Of a stretch of 64,000 nucleotides of DNA, positions 37,702 to 47,053 are shown one piece after another; position 1 is the first letter of the stretch, and each line of letters begins with the position of its first letter. The position numbers were made by a program, and so were the translations under genes. Origin of the DNA: Candidatus Melainabacteria bacterium 17Bon1m (GTDB lineage Bacteria > Cyanobacteriota > Vampirovibrionia > Obscuribacterales > Obscuribacteraceae); contig JAVLKG010000002.1 of the NCBI GenBank assembly GCA_032128875.1, forward strand, positions 1,066,202 to 1,130,201. Direction: 5' to 3'. Below the pieces are notes generated by a model, which saw only the letters and a list, made by a program, of their open reading frames with translations, made no database searches and was not told the origin of the DNA.

Positions 37702-40700
37702 GTGCCTAGAGTGGCAAAATTGACTCCTAACAATCCGACCACTCCCTCGCTGCCATTGGCGGCAGCAACGGCTATCGACAATCAATTCATTACTGACCCA
37801 GCCGAAATACCGCCAGCTCTGCGTGAACTGTCGTTTCGTTATCCGCTTCGTCGTTATCAGCAAGAAATTCTCGAGCTGGTCAAAATCAAGATGGAACGTG
37901 GCGAAAGGGAGCTGCATATCGTCGCACCGCCCGGTGCTGGAAAAACTATCATCGGACTGCAGTTGATAAGCACCTTGAAGGTGCCTGCGGTTATCCTCGC
38001 ACCCAATACTACGATTCAGTCGCAGTGGGGTCATAAGCTGGACCTTTTCATTCCGAATCATTTGACCGGTATGGTCAGCATGTCCGACATTTTAGGTACT
38101 CATGAAGACAAACCACTGAAGCCCGTCACAGTGTTGACGTATCAAGTGTTGTCCACTCCGGGAAGGGAGCAGGAATATCTCGAAAAGTTGGCGCATCAAA
38201 ATTGGTCGCAAGAGATCGCTAAGGGCCGTTCGATCTCCTCGGGCGAGGCTGAGCTGCGAATTTTAGACTTGTTGCAGAACAACCAGGCAGCATACAACAA
38301 AGAGATGTCCCGGCACGTAAGCAGGTTGCGGAAAAAACTTGCTGATGTGATGGACCTCAAAGACGTTTTGCACCCGAATGCTCTTGAACTGTTGCAGGCA
38401 TTGAGAAGACAAAAAACGCGCCTGATTCTTTTTGACGAGTGCCACCACCTCACCGATTACTGGGCGGCCATAATGAGCCTGCTTGTGAAACATTTGGATG
38501 ATCCGATTATTGTCGGTCTCACCGGTACTCCGCCCGAAGGCAAGTCCAAGCTGCAAGAAACCCGCTATCTTTCGCTTGTTGGCGAGATCGATTATCAGGT
38601 TCCTACTCCTGCTTTGGTGAAAGAAGGCGGTCTCGCGCCCTTTCAGGATCTGGTGATGTTCACGCAGCCAACTGAAAAAGAGTTTCTCTTCCTTGAATCT
38701 CAACATGTCGATTTCCACCGTTTAATCGCTGACCTTGCAGGCATCGAACAGCCTCCACCTCATCAGGAAAATCCATTTGGAAACGGCGATGATGGAGACG
38801 ATGAATACGCGGAGAATGAAGATGATTTGGCTGGGGAATTTTCAGCCCCCGCTCTCACTGCGGGACCGCGAGATTTAGAGAAACAGCCTGAACCGAAACT
38901 GATCGATCCGGCGGCGATTCCAATAGTTGACGATCAATTTGAAGAAGATACCGCATTTGGTGTAATGTCCGGCGGCGATTTAGATTTTAGTCCTGGTCCC
39001 GATCTTGTCGAAATCGAAAGTTCTACTTTAGTTGAGGTTCCAACACCTTCGGAACTCCCTTCATCTTCGGAACTCCCCGCAGCTGCTGAGCTCCCTGCAA
39101 TTGCTGAACTCCCTGCAATTGCTGAACTCTCTGCAAATGCTGAACTTATTGCACCAGCGGGAGTACAAGAACCAACCGAACCGGTGACACCACCTCTGAC
39201 AGAGTGGGTTTTGAGTCGTTTGAATGAAACTGCCTATGATAAAGATACTGGTGCCTTTAGAAGTTTTGTTCAGCTGCGTCCTCAGTTTGCCTCTGCACTC
39301 TATAGATACTTGACTAAAACCGGTCGTCCTCTTCCCGGCAATATTCGGGCGACGGAGGAATTGCTCCAGTCTCCGACAATTGATGACTGGATGATGATCC
39401 TCGAAGATTTTGCTTCGCACAGATTGAAACTCAGTCAGAATAAGAAGGACCACGAACTCTACGATCAAGTACGCAGTTCGATGCGAAAGCTCGGTTATTC
39501 AATTACAGAACAAGGGCTGCGAAAAACCGCCTCGCCAATTGACAGGGTCTTAGCATTCAGCAAGAGCAAGACGCACGCTGTCTGCCGGATTTTGGACACT
39601 GAATACGCCAGCCTGCAAGACCGTTTGCGCGCAGTAGTGGTGACTGATTTTGAACGGATGTCTGCAACTTCGGTGAAATCGCTGAAGGGTGTTCTTGACG
39701 CGGAAGCGGGCGGAGCCGTCGCGACACTGCGGACCTTGCTTGCTGCACCAATTTCGGCCATGCTCAATCCTTGCCTTGTGACTGGGTCGCTCGTGCTTGT
39801 TGACCGGCGCATCAAAGATCAATTTGTCAAAGTTTTTGATGAGTTACTCAAGCGAGACGGCCTTGATGTTCAACTGATAGCTGATGATGATTCCAATGAG
39901 CCTTGGGTGGAAATCAGTGCGAACACTTCACAGTGGCAATCGCGTTTGTACGTTGCAGTCGCCACTGAGATATTCGAGCTTGGTATAACTAAGTGTCTAA
40001 TTGGCACACGTGGTTTGTTTGGCGAAGGTTGGGACAGTCAGTCGCTTAACACTCTGATCGACCTGACTACGACAACTTCGCCGGTTTCGGTTAAACAATT
40101 GCGTGGACGCTCGATTCGTATTCATACAAAAGATCCGTTAGGTGGGCGTAAAGTTGCGAATAACTGGGATGTTATTTGTATTGCTCCCTCTTTAGAGAAA
40201 GGTTTGAACGATTACCATCGATTTGTTCGCAAGCACGATGGATATTATGGAATCGCCGATGATGGGCAGATCGAATGTGGCGTCGGGCACGTCCATCCTT
40301 CTTTTTCAGAGCTCACTCCTGCTGAAGTTTTTGCTTCCGCGGTCGACCTGAACAACGAGATGTTGAAGCGCGCGTTAGTGAGAGATCAAATTTATGATCT
40401 CTGGAAAGTTGGTATGCCGTATCACAATCGCACCCTCGGTTGCGTTGAGTTGACGTCGCTGAGAAAGCTCAATCTTACGCCGGCATATCTGAAGCGCAAT
40501 GCTGGATACAAAGATCATGCCAAGGAAATGCGAGCAGCTTTGAGCGGCATTTATGTCGAACATGCGGCACTCGGAGCGCTGACCGCTGCTATCGTCGGTG
40601 GTGGCGCTGCTTTCTGGGGTGCCCCTGTCTTGCTTGCGGCTTTGCCATTTGCCGCGGCATTAGTACTTGCGTTCAAGCGACACAAACGCCTTTTTACAAA

Positions 40701-41253
40701 CTTCCAAGAGCAAGTTTGCGAGCCAGGCACAGTTGAAGCGTCCTTGGGCGATATGACATTCGCATTGCTGTCTGCACTTAAGCGAGTGCGCCAATTGCCT
40801 AAATACATTGATAAAGACAGCATCAAGATTTCGCAGCGTTCTGATGGCAGCTATCGGGTATTCCTTGATGATGTTGAAGCCAATCACTCCAAAATATTCA
40901 CCAGTGCTTTCAAAGAATTGATGTCTCCAGTTGTCGATCAACCGTACCTAATTCCCAAGTATGAGTTCGCTCTTCCATATGTCGATGGAGATAGACAGTC
41001 CAAAGACTCGCAAAAGCGCAAAAGACTGTTCTTCAAAAGCTATCTGAGAGGTTCGGCTCAACCGAGAATCGCAACATACCACGTTGTTCCAAAGTTGCTT
41101 GCACGTTCGCAAAAAGGGCGAGAAGCTTTTCAGGACGCCTGGAATAAATATGTCAGCCCGGGATACATCGTAGAGACAGAAACAAAACCGGAAGTTTTGC
41201 AGAAATACTTTGGAATGGGACCTAGCTTGGCCGAGCGTCTGTTATGGGAATGA
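37702..41253 (+). CDS. SF2 DEAD/DEAH-box helicase-like ATPase with acidic insert and C-terminal transmembrane hairpin
   Basis: Q-motif LRRYQQE, APPGAGKTIIG, DECHHL, GLTGTP, LFGEGWD, QLRGRSIR; hydrophobic hairpin AALGALTAAIVGGGAAFWGAPVLLAALPFAAALVLA. Confidence 0.88.
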   Translation: MPRVAKLTPNNPTTPSLPLAAATAIDNQFITDPAEIPPALRELSFRYPLRRYQQEILELVKIKMERGERELHIVAPPGAGKTIIGLQLISTLKVPAVILAPNTTIQSQWGHKLDLFIPNHLTGMVSMSDILGTHEDKPLKPVTVLTYQVLSTPGREQEYLEKLAHQNWSQEIAKGRSISSGEAELRILDLLQNNQAAYNKEMSRHVSRLRKKLADVMDLKDVLHPNALELLQALRRQKTRLILFDECHHLTDYWAAIMSLLVKHLDDPIIVGLTGTPPEGKSKLQETRYLSLVGEIDYQVPTPALVKEGGLAPFQDLVMFTQPTEKEFLFLESQHVDFHRLIADLAGIEQPPPHQENPFGNGDDGDDEYAENEDDLAGEFSAPALTAGPRDLEKQPEPKLIDPAAIPIVDDQFEEDTAFGVMSGGDLDFSPGPDLVEIESSTLVEVPTPSELPSSSELPAAAELPAIAELPAIAELSANAELIAPAGVQEPTEPVTPPLTEWVLSRLNETAYDKDTGAFRSFVQLRPQFASALYRYLTKTGRPLPGNIRATEELLQSPTIDDWMMILEDFASHRLKLSQNKKDHELYDQVRSSMRKLGYSITEQGLRKTASPIDRVLAFSKSKTHAVCRILDTEYASLQDRLRAVVVTDFERMSATSVKSLKGVLDAEAGGAVATLRTLLAAPISAMLNPCLVTGSLVLVDRRIKDQFVKVFDELLKRDGLDVQLIADDDSNEPWVEISANTSQWQSRLYVAVATEIFELGITKCLIGTRGLFGEGWDSQSLNTLIDLTTTTSPVSVKQLRGRSIRIHTKDPLGGRKVANNWDVICIAPSLEKGLNDYHRFVRKHDGYYGIADDGQIECGVGHVHPSFSELTPAEVFASAVDLNNEMLKRALVRDQIYDLWKVGMPYHNRTLGCVELTSLRKLNLTPAYLKRNAGYKDHAKEMRAALSGIYVEHAALGALTAAIVGGGAAFWGAPVLLAALPFAAALVLAFKRHKRLFTNFQEQVCEPGTVEASLGDMTFALLSALKRVRQLPKYIDKDSIKISQRSDGSYRVFLDDVEANHSKIFTSAFKELMSPVVDQPYLIPKYEFALPYVDGDRQSKDSQKRKRLFFKSYLRGSAQPRIATYHVVPKLLARSQKGREAFQDAWNKYVSPGYIVETETKPEVLQKYFGMGPSLAERLLWE
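39049..39156 (+). repeat. Six degenerate 18-bp tandem repeats within the helicase insert (SELPSS SELPAA AELPAI AELPAI AELSAN AELIAP)
   Basis: For example GCTGAGCTCCCTGCAATT GCTGAACTCCCTGCAATT GCTGAACTCTCTGCAAAT. Confidence 0.85.
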
Positions 41254-42323
41254 AGTTAACACTTACTCTGTCTAAATTACTGGCAGTCGCAATTTTGGTG
41301 ACGTCGTCTTTCTCCGCAAGTCAGGCTCAGGCAAAAGATTTTAAAGAGACATTTGCGTCCGCAAAAGAAAAAGGTGAGTATCTCTTTTCGAAAGGCGATA
41401 TCGACGGAGCAGCTGCCGCATTTAAGTTGGCCAGCGAGTTGAAGCCATCGGCTTACGAAGTTCATTTGACTCTGGTCAATATTTATTTCAAGAAAAATCA
41501 GCTTGATCGCGCGATTGAGGAGTGCAAAAAGCTCATCGAGTTGAAGCCCAACAATCAGGATTCTCACGTGATGATGGCGAATTTGATGCGCTCTATTGGT
41601 GAGAATAAAAAGGCTATCGAAGAGTTTCAACTGGCAATGAAGCTTGGTGCTAAAGATCAGTCTATCTATTCTGCCCTTGGATTTTCCTATCTGCATGAAG
41701 GAGATCTTGCCAACGCAGAACTCTATTTGAAAAAATCTTCCGTCGAAAAGGAACATCCCGTTGACGCGTTTATCGGTTTGGCAATTGTTCATTACAAGAA
41801 AAAGGAATTTGCCAACGCGCTTTCCGACCTTGATCGCGTTCTTGCTGAGAAGCCGGAGTCTGCCGAAGCGCGAAAGTTGAGAGGTGAGGTGCTTCTAGAA
41901 CTCGGTCGCGTAGATGAGGGAGAGGAAGAACTGAAAAAAGCGATCGCAATAATGCCAAATCTTAGATCTGCCCATATGGCTTTAGCTAACGTTTATTTTC
42001 GCAAGAAAGATCTCGCACAAGCGGAGAAGGCACTGCGTAAAGTTCTCGACCTGAAAGAAGAAGATGCTGAGATGCATTATGCGTTGGGCGTGATTTTGGA
42101 TAGGCAGGGCCGCGCGATAGAAGCCGCAGGACAATTTGAATTGGGCGCGCAAACAGATCGCAATCCGGAATCGGCTGAAAAAATGCGTGCGCATGCCGAA
42201 GACTTGCGCCGTCAATCGATCGATATGACTACTAACAAGCAATACAAGTCGCTGCTAAATCTTGGCGGTGAGCCGACTCCGGAATCGGTTTTTGGTTTGC
42301 AATACGAAAGTTTAATCAAGTGA
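41250..42323 (+). CDS. Secreted TPR-repeat protein
   Basis: ATGA overlap with the helicase stop; signal peptide ending AQA; about 8 TPR units. Confidence 0.85.
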   Translation: MKLTLTLSKLLAVAILVTSSFSASQAQAKDFKETFASAKEKGEYLFSKGDIDGAAAAFKLASELKPSAYEVHLTLVNIYFKKNQLDRAIEECKKLIELKPNNQDSHVMMANLMRSIGENKKAIEEFQLAMKLGAKDQSIYSALGFSYLHEGDLANAELYLKKSSVEKEHPVDAFIGLAIVHYKKKEFANALSDLDRVLAEKPESAEARKLRGEVLLELGRVDEGEEELKKAIAIMPNLRSAHMALANVYFRKKDLAQAEKALRKVLDLKEEDAEMHYALGVILDRQGRAIEAAGQFELGAQTDRNPESAEKMRAHAEDLRRQSIDMTTNKQYKSLLNLGGEPTPESVFGLQYESLIK

Positions 42324-42361
42324 AACTAAAAGTGTAAGAACAGGCAGATTAAGGGCAAGCT

Positions 42362-42934
42362 ATGAAGAGTTCAAAATTGGGAAGAAGCACATTCCGTATT
42401 TACGTTGCTGGGATTGTATTTGCTCTCGTGGGGTGTCTGCCTGTTTTGCCTGCGTATAGCGCAGATGCACCTGAAAAGCAGCCTGAGCCACTGACCGTGA
42501 AATTCGCTTATTTCAATTTCGGAAAGATTCGTGCCGGAATTCCTGAAGTGGCCAATTCTGAAGCTATTCGAATAAATTCAGAAGCGCAGCTGAGAAAGGA
42601 TGTTGAGACCTGGAATTCTAAGCTGATCAAAATGCGCGAGGAGAAGAAACCAGCAGCGGAAATCGAGAAGACTAAGCAAGAGGCTCAAGCTGTTGTTCGT
42701 GCTAAGCAAGAAGCTTTAGCTCAACTCGTAGAGTCTGCAAATTTGTCTGTCCGCGTGAGGGTCGCTCAGGCTGCAGAAGCTGAAGCGCGTTCTAGAAATA
42801 TCGATCTTGTAGTCGATGGTCAGGGGCTTTATGCCGGTGGTCAAAAGGTCTTCGATCATGGAGTCGACATTACTCAAGCAGTGCTGAAGAGACTTCTTGC
42901 AGAGAGTGATGATAAGCAAAAGCTACCTCGTTAG
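42362..42934 (+). CDS. OmpH/Skp-like periplasmic chaperone
   Basis: Signal peptide, KFAYFNF, coiled coil, IDLVVD...LYAGG...DIT..VLKRL. Confidence 0.75.
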   Translation: MKSSKLGRSTFRIYVAGIVFALVGCLPVLPAYSADAPEKQPEPLTVKFAYFNFGKIRAGIPEVANSEAIRINSEAQLRKDVETWNSKLIKMREEKKPAAEIEKTKQEAQAVVRAKQEALAQLVESANLSVRVRVAQAAEAEARSRNIDLVVDGQGLYAGGQKVFDHGVDITQAVLKRLLAESDDKQKLPR

Positions 42935-43057
42935 GTGGTTTTAGCCTCTTTTGATACCTCAGTTGCAGCCACCAAATTGTTTTGATCATGTCTCTCGACA
43001 GGATCAAACGTTGAGACTAAGATGAAAGCAGTTGAGTTGTACGAGGTCGAATTAGAT

Positions 43058-43189
43058 ATGGCCGACAATTGTGGAGACGATTGCAAACGTTGTGATGACG
43101 AAAGCTGCGGCAATTGCGCAAAATGCGAATGCTGCTGCGAGTGCTGCGATTGTTCAAAAAATGAAGGTAAAAGCTGCTCCTGCGAATAG
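43058..43189 (+). CDS. Metallothionein-like Cys-rich small protein (43 aa, 14 Cys)
   Basis: MADNCGDDCKRCDDESCGNCAKCECCCECCDCSKNEGKSCSCE then TAG; GAGGT 10 nt upstream; below the ORF-track size cutoff. An alternative in-frame ATG lies at 43022. Confidence 0.8.
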   Translation: MADNCGDDCKRCDDESCGNCAKCECCCECCDCSKNEGKSCSCE

Positions 43190-43291
43190 TCGCTAGAGCA
43201 GCTTTTGATAGTTTTGCGCTTTGGTTGCTGATAAATCGGCCGCCTTTGCGCTTTTGTGTTTAATTCGGCAGGCCTTATGGCTGCCCAATTA

Positions 43292-43516
43292 CTAGTCTTT
43301 GAGGTGGGATCTCAGAAGTACGCCTGAGAGCAATTCAAATGCTGCTTCATCGAAATTGTTGTCGCGCAATGCCTTCTCGAGGAAATCCTTCTCTTCTGCA
43401 GAGACGTGACCATCAGCCATGATGATTTCGCGGATGACCTTGGCTTCGTACTTGGAAATCTTGCCGTCATCTTCAAGTACTTGTTTCAGAGCTTCTTCCA
43501 AATTCAGTGCAGACAC
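43292..43516 (-). CDS. Small acidic protein with two DG-x-[IV]-S-x-x-E loops (TerB/EF-hand-like, possible metal binding)
   Basis: LEDDGKISKYE and MADGHVSAEE; GTG 43516 lies 8 nt after AGGAG. Confidence 0.65.
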   Translation of the reverse strand: MSALNLEEALKQVLEDDGKISKYEAKVIREIIMADGHVSAEEKDFLEKALRDNNFDEAAFELLSGVLLRSHLKD

Positions 43517-43586
43517 AATGCTCACTCCTATACCGTAGACCCATGAGTTGAGATTATACTTACATTTTTCATTCGGAGATAAACGA

Positions 43587-43928
43587 GTGTCAGAACCGAC
43601 AACAAAGGTTGAAATCACTCCCCAAGAGCTCAAGGCTAAACGCGACCAGGGCGAAAGCCTGATTGTGCTTGACATTCGTGAGCCCCACGAGCTCAAGATC
43701 TCGGTCCTGCCCGATATTTTGCACATTCCGATGGCCGAGCTGACAGATAGAATCGAAGAGCTGGAAGCCAAAAAGGACAATGAGATTGTGGTTGTCTGCC
43801 GTGCTGGCAATCGCAGTAGCGTTATAGCCGAGTTTTTAAGAGAAAACGGGTTCGATCGAGTCTATAACCTGACCGGTGGGATGAACCTGTGGGCTGATAC
43901 GGTCGATTCTTCGTTCCAGAAATACTAA
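43587..43928 (+). CDS. Single-domain rhodanese/sulfurtransferase
   Basis: LDIREPHE, HIPM, CRAGNRS, NLTGGMNLW; GTG 43587 after GGAG. Confidence 0.9.
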   Translation: MSEPTTKVEITPQELKAKRDQGESLIVLDIREPHELKISVLPDILHIPMAELTDRIEELEAKKDNEIVVVCRAGNRSSVIAEFLRENGFDRVYNLTGGMNLWADTVDSSFQKY

Positions 43929-44139
43929 AAAACCGCTAAAAGATAGCTCCAGCTGGCGATTAAGCTTTTTTGCGAAACCTCAAGACCATGTGGGTGAATT
44001 AAGAGGGGAGGTTTCGAATTTGCCGTCTGTCGTGGAATATCGGGTTCAGACAGACCAAGATCTCACCCTTATCTACCCTTGACATCTATTTAATAGAAGC
44101 CTATTCTGAGCGAATCACCTGTACGCCTTACTAAAAACT

Positions 44140-45018
44140 ATGAAAAAACGCCTCCTTGCGCTTCCCGCCTTACTCCTTACTACCTCAGTTTTAGTTTCTG
44201 CCTCTCCCGCCTTAGCCGATCCGCCAGCGGACCAGGGTTTGCCGCCAGGTGGTGAGCAGCAATTGCAGCCTATGCAGCCTGTCATGGCAACTCCTGCAAA
44301 TTACTATCCGCAAGGTGGGGCTCCGCAGGCTTATCCGCCACAAGGCGCTATGCAATCAGGCAATCCTCAGCAGTACGGCGCGCCGCAATATCAACAAAAT
44401 GCTGGATACCCGCAGCAAGGTTATCCTCAAGGCGCACCGTATCAAGCTGGTGTTTCCGAAGCTGTGCCGGGTCAGCAAATGGCGCCTGGGCAACAGATGG
44501 CTCCAGGGCAAATGCCCCCGCAGCAGCAGGGTTATCAGCAGCAACAAGCTTATCAACCACAGCAAGCTTATCAACCACAGCAAGGTTTTCAGCAACAAAG
44601 CCCTTATGAAATGCAAGAACAGGCAATTCAAAAGGGGCACATGCAAAATCGCAATGACCTCGACAAATACAATCCACCGCCAGACGTACCGAACGCCGCT
44701 CCGGATCCGAGTTATCGTGGAGAGGTTTCTAAAGGACCAGGCGTAAAAGGCGTAGTCGGCAAAGCCGCCAAGATTTTGGGGCGCACAACTCAAGCAGCTG
44801 CTCCCTACGCGGCTTCATTCCTTGTCACTACAGCTGCCTACAAAATGGCCAATCGCAACGGCTACAACCGCGGTTATAACAACGGTTATGGTGGCTATGG
44901 TTACGGAATGCCGATGGGTGGTTATGGAATGCCGATGGGCGGAATGCCGGGCATGGGAATGTATGGAATGCCTGGAATGGGAATGGGTATTCCCATGTAC
45001 GGAATGCCAAGCTTCTAA
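44140..45018 (+). CDS. Secreted low-complexity Gln/Pro/Gly/Tyr/Met-rich protein
   Basis: Signal peptide ending ALA; QQAYQP and PGQQMA repeats; C-terminal GYG/MPMG repeats. Confidence 0.75.
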   Translation: MKKRLLALPALLLTTSVLVSASPALADPPADQGLPPGGEQQLQPMQPVMATPANYYPQGGAPQAYPPQGAMQSGNPQQYGAPQYQQNAGYPQQGYPQGAPYQAGVSEAVPGQQMAPGQQMAPGQMPPQQQGYQQQQAYQPQQAYQPQQGFQQQSPYEMQEQAIQKGHMQNRNDLDKYNPPPDVPNAAPDPSYRGEVSKGPGVKGVVGKAAKILGRTTQAAAPYAASFLVTTAAYKMANRNGYNRGYNNGYGGYGYGMPMGGYGMPMGGMPGMGMYGMPGMGMGIPMYGMPSF

Positions 45019-45097
45019 CCGAACCTTGTGACATCAGCCGCTTTAGCCCGGTTGTGGCTATGTGATACTTGTCTCCTCATTCATTGGAGACAAGGCA

Positions 45098-45532
45098 ATG
45101 TCTGTCATTCGCGATCAATACAAATGGAACATGCTCGAGGCAATAGGCGGGCAAATCACTGAGATTTCAGAAGGATTTGCGAGAGGGCATTTGCCGTTGA
45201 GCGAGCAAGTCATGCAGCCGACGGGTGTTTTTCATGCCGGCGCTATAACCGTACTCGCTGATGAGGTCGCTTCAGCAGCCATCTTCGGCACGCATGCTTC
45301 GGACCCAAAAGCGCAGGACAAGCTATTTCCCTATTCGGTTCAAATCAGTCTCAACCTTCTTTCGAATGACCCACACGGACCGTTGACTGCAGAATCAAAA
45401 GTTGTGCGACGTGGACGAATGACCGTCGTGGACACCGTTGTCGCAACATCCACTGGTGAAACTGCGGCTTTGATGCGCAGCACACACATGATGGTTGATT
45501 TGAGCAAAAAAGGTCCTCACAAGAAGGGCTAG
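45098..45532 (+). CDS. PaaI-family hotdog thioesterase
   Basis: QPTGVFHAGAI.VLADE; ATG 45098 after GGAG. Confidence 0.85.
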   Translation: MSVIRDQYKWNMLEAIGGQITEISEGFARGHLPLSEQVMQPTGVFHAGAITVLADEVASAAIFGTHASDPKAQDKLFPYSVQISLNLLSNDPHGPLTAESKVVRRGRMTVVDTVVATSTGETAALMRSTHMMVDLSKKGPHKKG

Positions 45533-45616
45533 AGATTTATTTCAAAGCCGGGAGGAAATGGCTCCTCTGGGTATGTCCTAAATGGAAGAAGCTTTCTTTT
45601 TTATGGAGAGATAAAG

Positions 45617-47044
45617 GTGCCTGGCAGATCACATAAGTCGCAGCCTTCTGAAGAAGAATTGGCTCTCTTGCACGACAACACCGTGTCGCCGCGCGATGAT
45701 AGACGAATTCGCGGCAAGATGTTGCGTGACGTTGTGCCGCGCGAGTCTCATTGTGAATGGAAGGCACCCAAGGATCGCCCGGATCCGGTTGATATGCTCG
45801 AAGATTCGAATAAAGGACGTATCCAGCACTTGATTCCTATCCGTTATGGACGAATGCTTCAAACACCTTTCACTTTTTTCCGAGGAGCTGCTGCCCTCAT
45901 GGCGCGAGATCTCTCGAATACGCCAAACTCTAAAGTGAAAGTTCAGGCATGTGGCGACTGCCACCTTATGAATTTCGGTGCCTTCGCTACGCCCGAACGC
46001 AACGTGGTTTTTGATATCAACGACTTTGATGAAACACTCCCAGCGCCTTGGGAGTGGGACATAAAACGGCTTGCAGCCAGCTTTGTACTTGCATGTCGCG
46101 ACAACGGACTGAAACCTAAGGCTGAGCTGAATGCGGCTGAAGCTGTGGCTCAAGGTTACAGAGAGAAGATGGCCTCCATGTCGAAGTTGAGTATTATGGA
46201 CATCTGGTATGAGCAGGTGCCATGGGAAAGTGTAATCGCCAACACAGGCGACGTCGACTTGCAAAAACGGAGAGCAGATCAGCTCAAGAAAGCAAAGAAG
46301 CGCACTATTCAGCTCTACTACTTTCCAAAACTCGTTGAAACTGGCGGCGAGTCTTACAAAATCAAAGACAATCCACCGCTGATTTTTCACCCCGATGTCG
46401 ATGATACCAAGTTCTACAAAAGTATCGAAGAATCTCTCAAAAACTACCGCAGCACTTTGCAGTGGGACAAACAAAGGCTATTCGATCGGTACAAGCTAGT
46501 CGACTTTGCTATCAAAGTCGTTGGCATCGGCAGCGTGGGCACCACCTGCGGTATCTTACTATTCCTCGCACCTGATGACGAACCACTTCTGCTGCAAGCG
46601 AAAGAGGCACGTCCATCTGTTCTTGAAGCGTATGCTGGTAAGAGTGCGTTTGACAATAATGGCGAACGTGTTGTTGCCGGACAACGCATTGTCCAGTCTG
46701 CCAGTGATATATTCCTTGGTTGGACGAAATCAGAAGAAGGAAAAGACTTCTATATTCGTCAACTCCGAGATACAAAAGTAAAGCTCGAACCACAATTTTG
46801 GGACGCCAAGGAAATGGTCGACATCGCAAAATTACAGGGTGCCGTATTGGCACGGGCACATGCTCGGTCAGGCGACGCTGCTGTAATCAGTGGATATCTC
46901 GGCAATGGCGCGGAATTCGACAAAGCAATTGGTCAGTTTGCCATTGCCTATGCGGATCAAACTGAAAAGGATTTCGCTGCGCTATCGGCTGCAGTTGCTA
47001 GTGGACGTGTGAAGGCGGCTGCGATCGAGCCGGACAAAGACTGA
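45617..47044 (+). CDS. DUF2252 family protein (kinase-like fold)
   Basis: IRYGRM..PFTFFRGAA, CGDCHL.NFG, FDINDFDE, WEWDIKRL, KVVG.GSVG, LARAHARSGD. Confidence 0.9.
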   Translation: MPGRSHKSQPSEEELALLHDNTVSPRDDRRIRGKMLRDVVPRESHCEWKAPKDRPDPVDMLEDSNKGRIQHLIPIRYGRMLQTPFTFFRGAAALMARDLSNTPNSKVKVQACGDCHLMNFGAFATPERNVVFDINDFDETLPAPWEWDIKRLAASFVLACRDNGLKPKAELNAAEAVAQGYREKMASMSKLSIMDIWYEQVPWESVIANTGDVDLQKRRADQLKKAKKRTIQLYYFPKLVETGGESYKIKDNPPLIFHPDVDDTKFYKSIEESLKNYRSTLQWDKQRLFDRYKLVDFAIKVVGIGSVGTTCGILLFLAPDDEPLLLQAKEARPSVLEAYAGKSAFDNNGERVVAGQRIVQSASDIFLGWTKSEEGKDFYIRQLRDTKVKLEPQFWDAKEMVDIAKLQGAVLARAHARSGDAAVISGYLGNGAEFDKAIGQFAIAYADQTEKDFAALSAAVASGRVKAAAIEPDKD

Positions 47045-47053
47045 TCGTTTTCG

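Noticed and set aside
43517-43810. 172-aa version of the minus-strand ORF 43292-43810
   Set aside because: Its N-terminal part is antisense to the rhodanese gene; an RBS supports the short form.
45554-45580. Possible ECF promoter GGAAAT...GTCC before the DUF2252 gene
   Set aside because: Both the -35 sequence and the spacing (15 nt) differ from the two matching chaB/dehydrogenase motifs.
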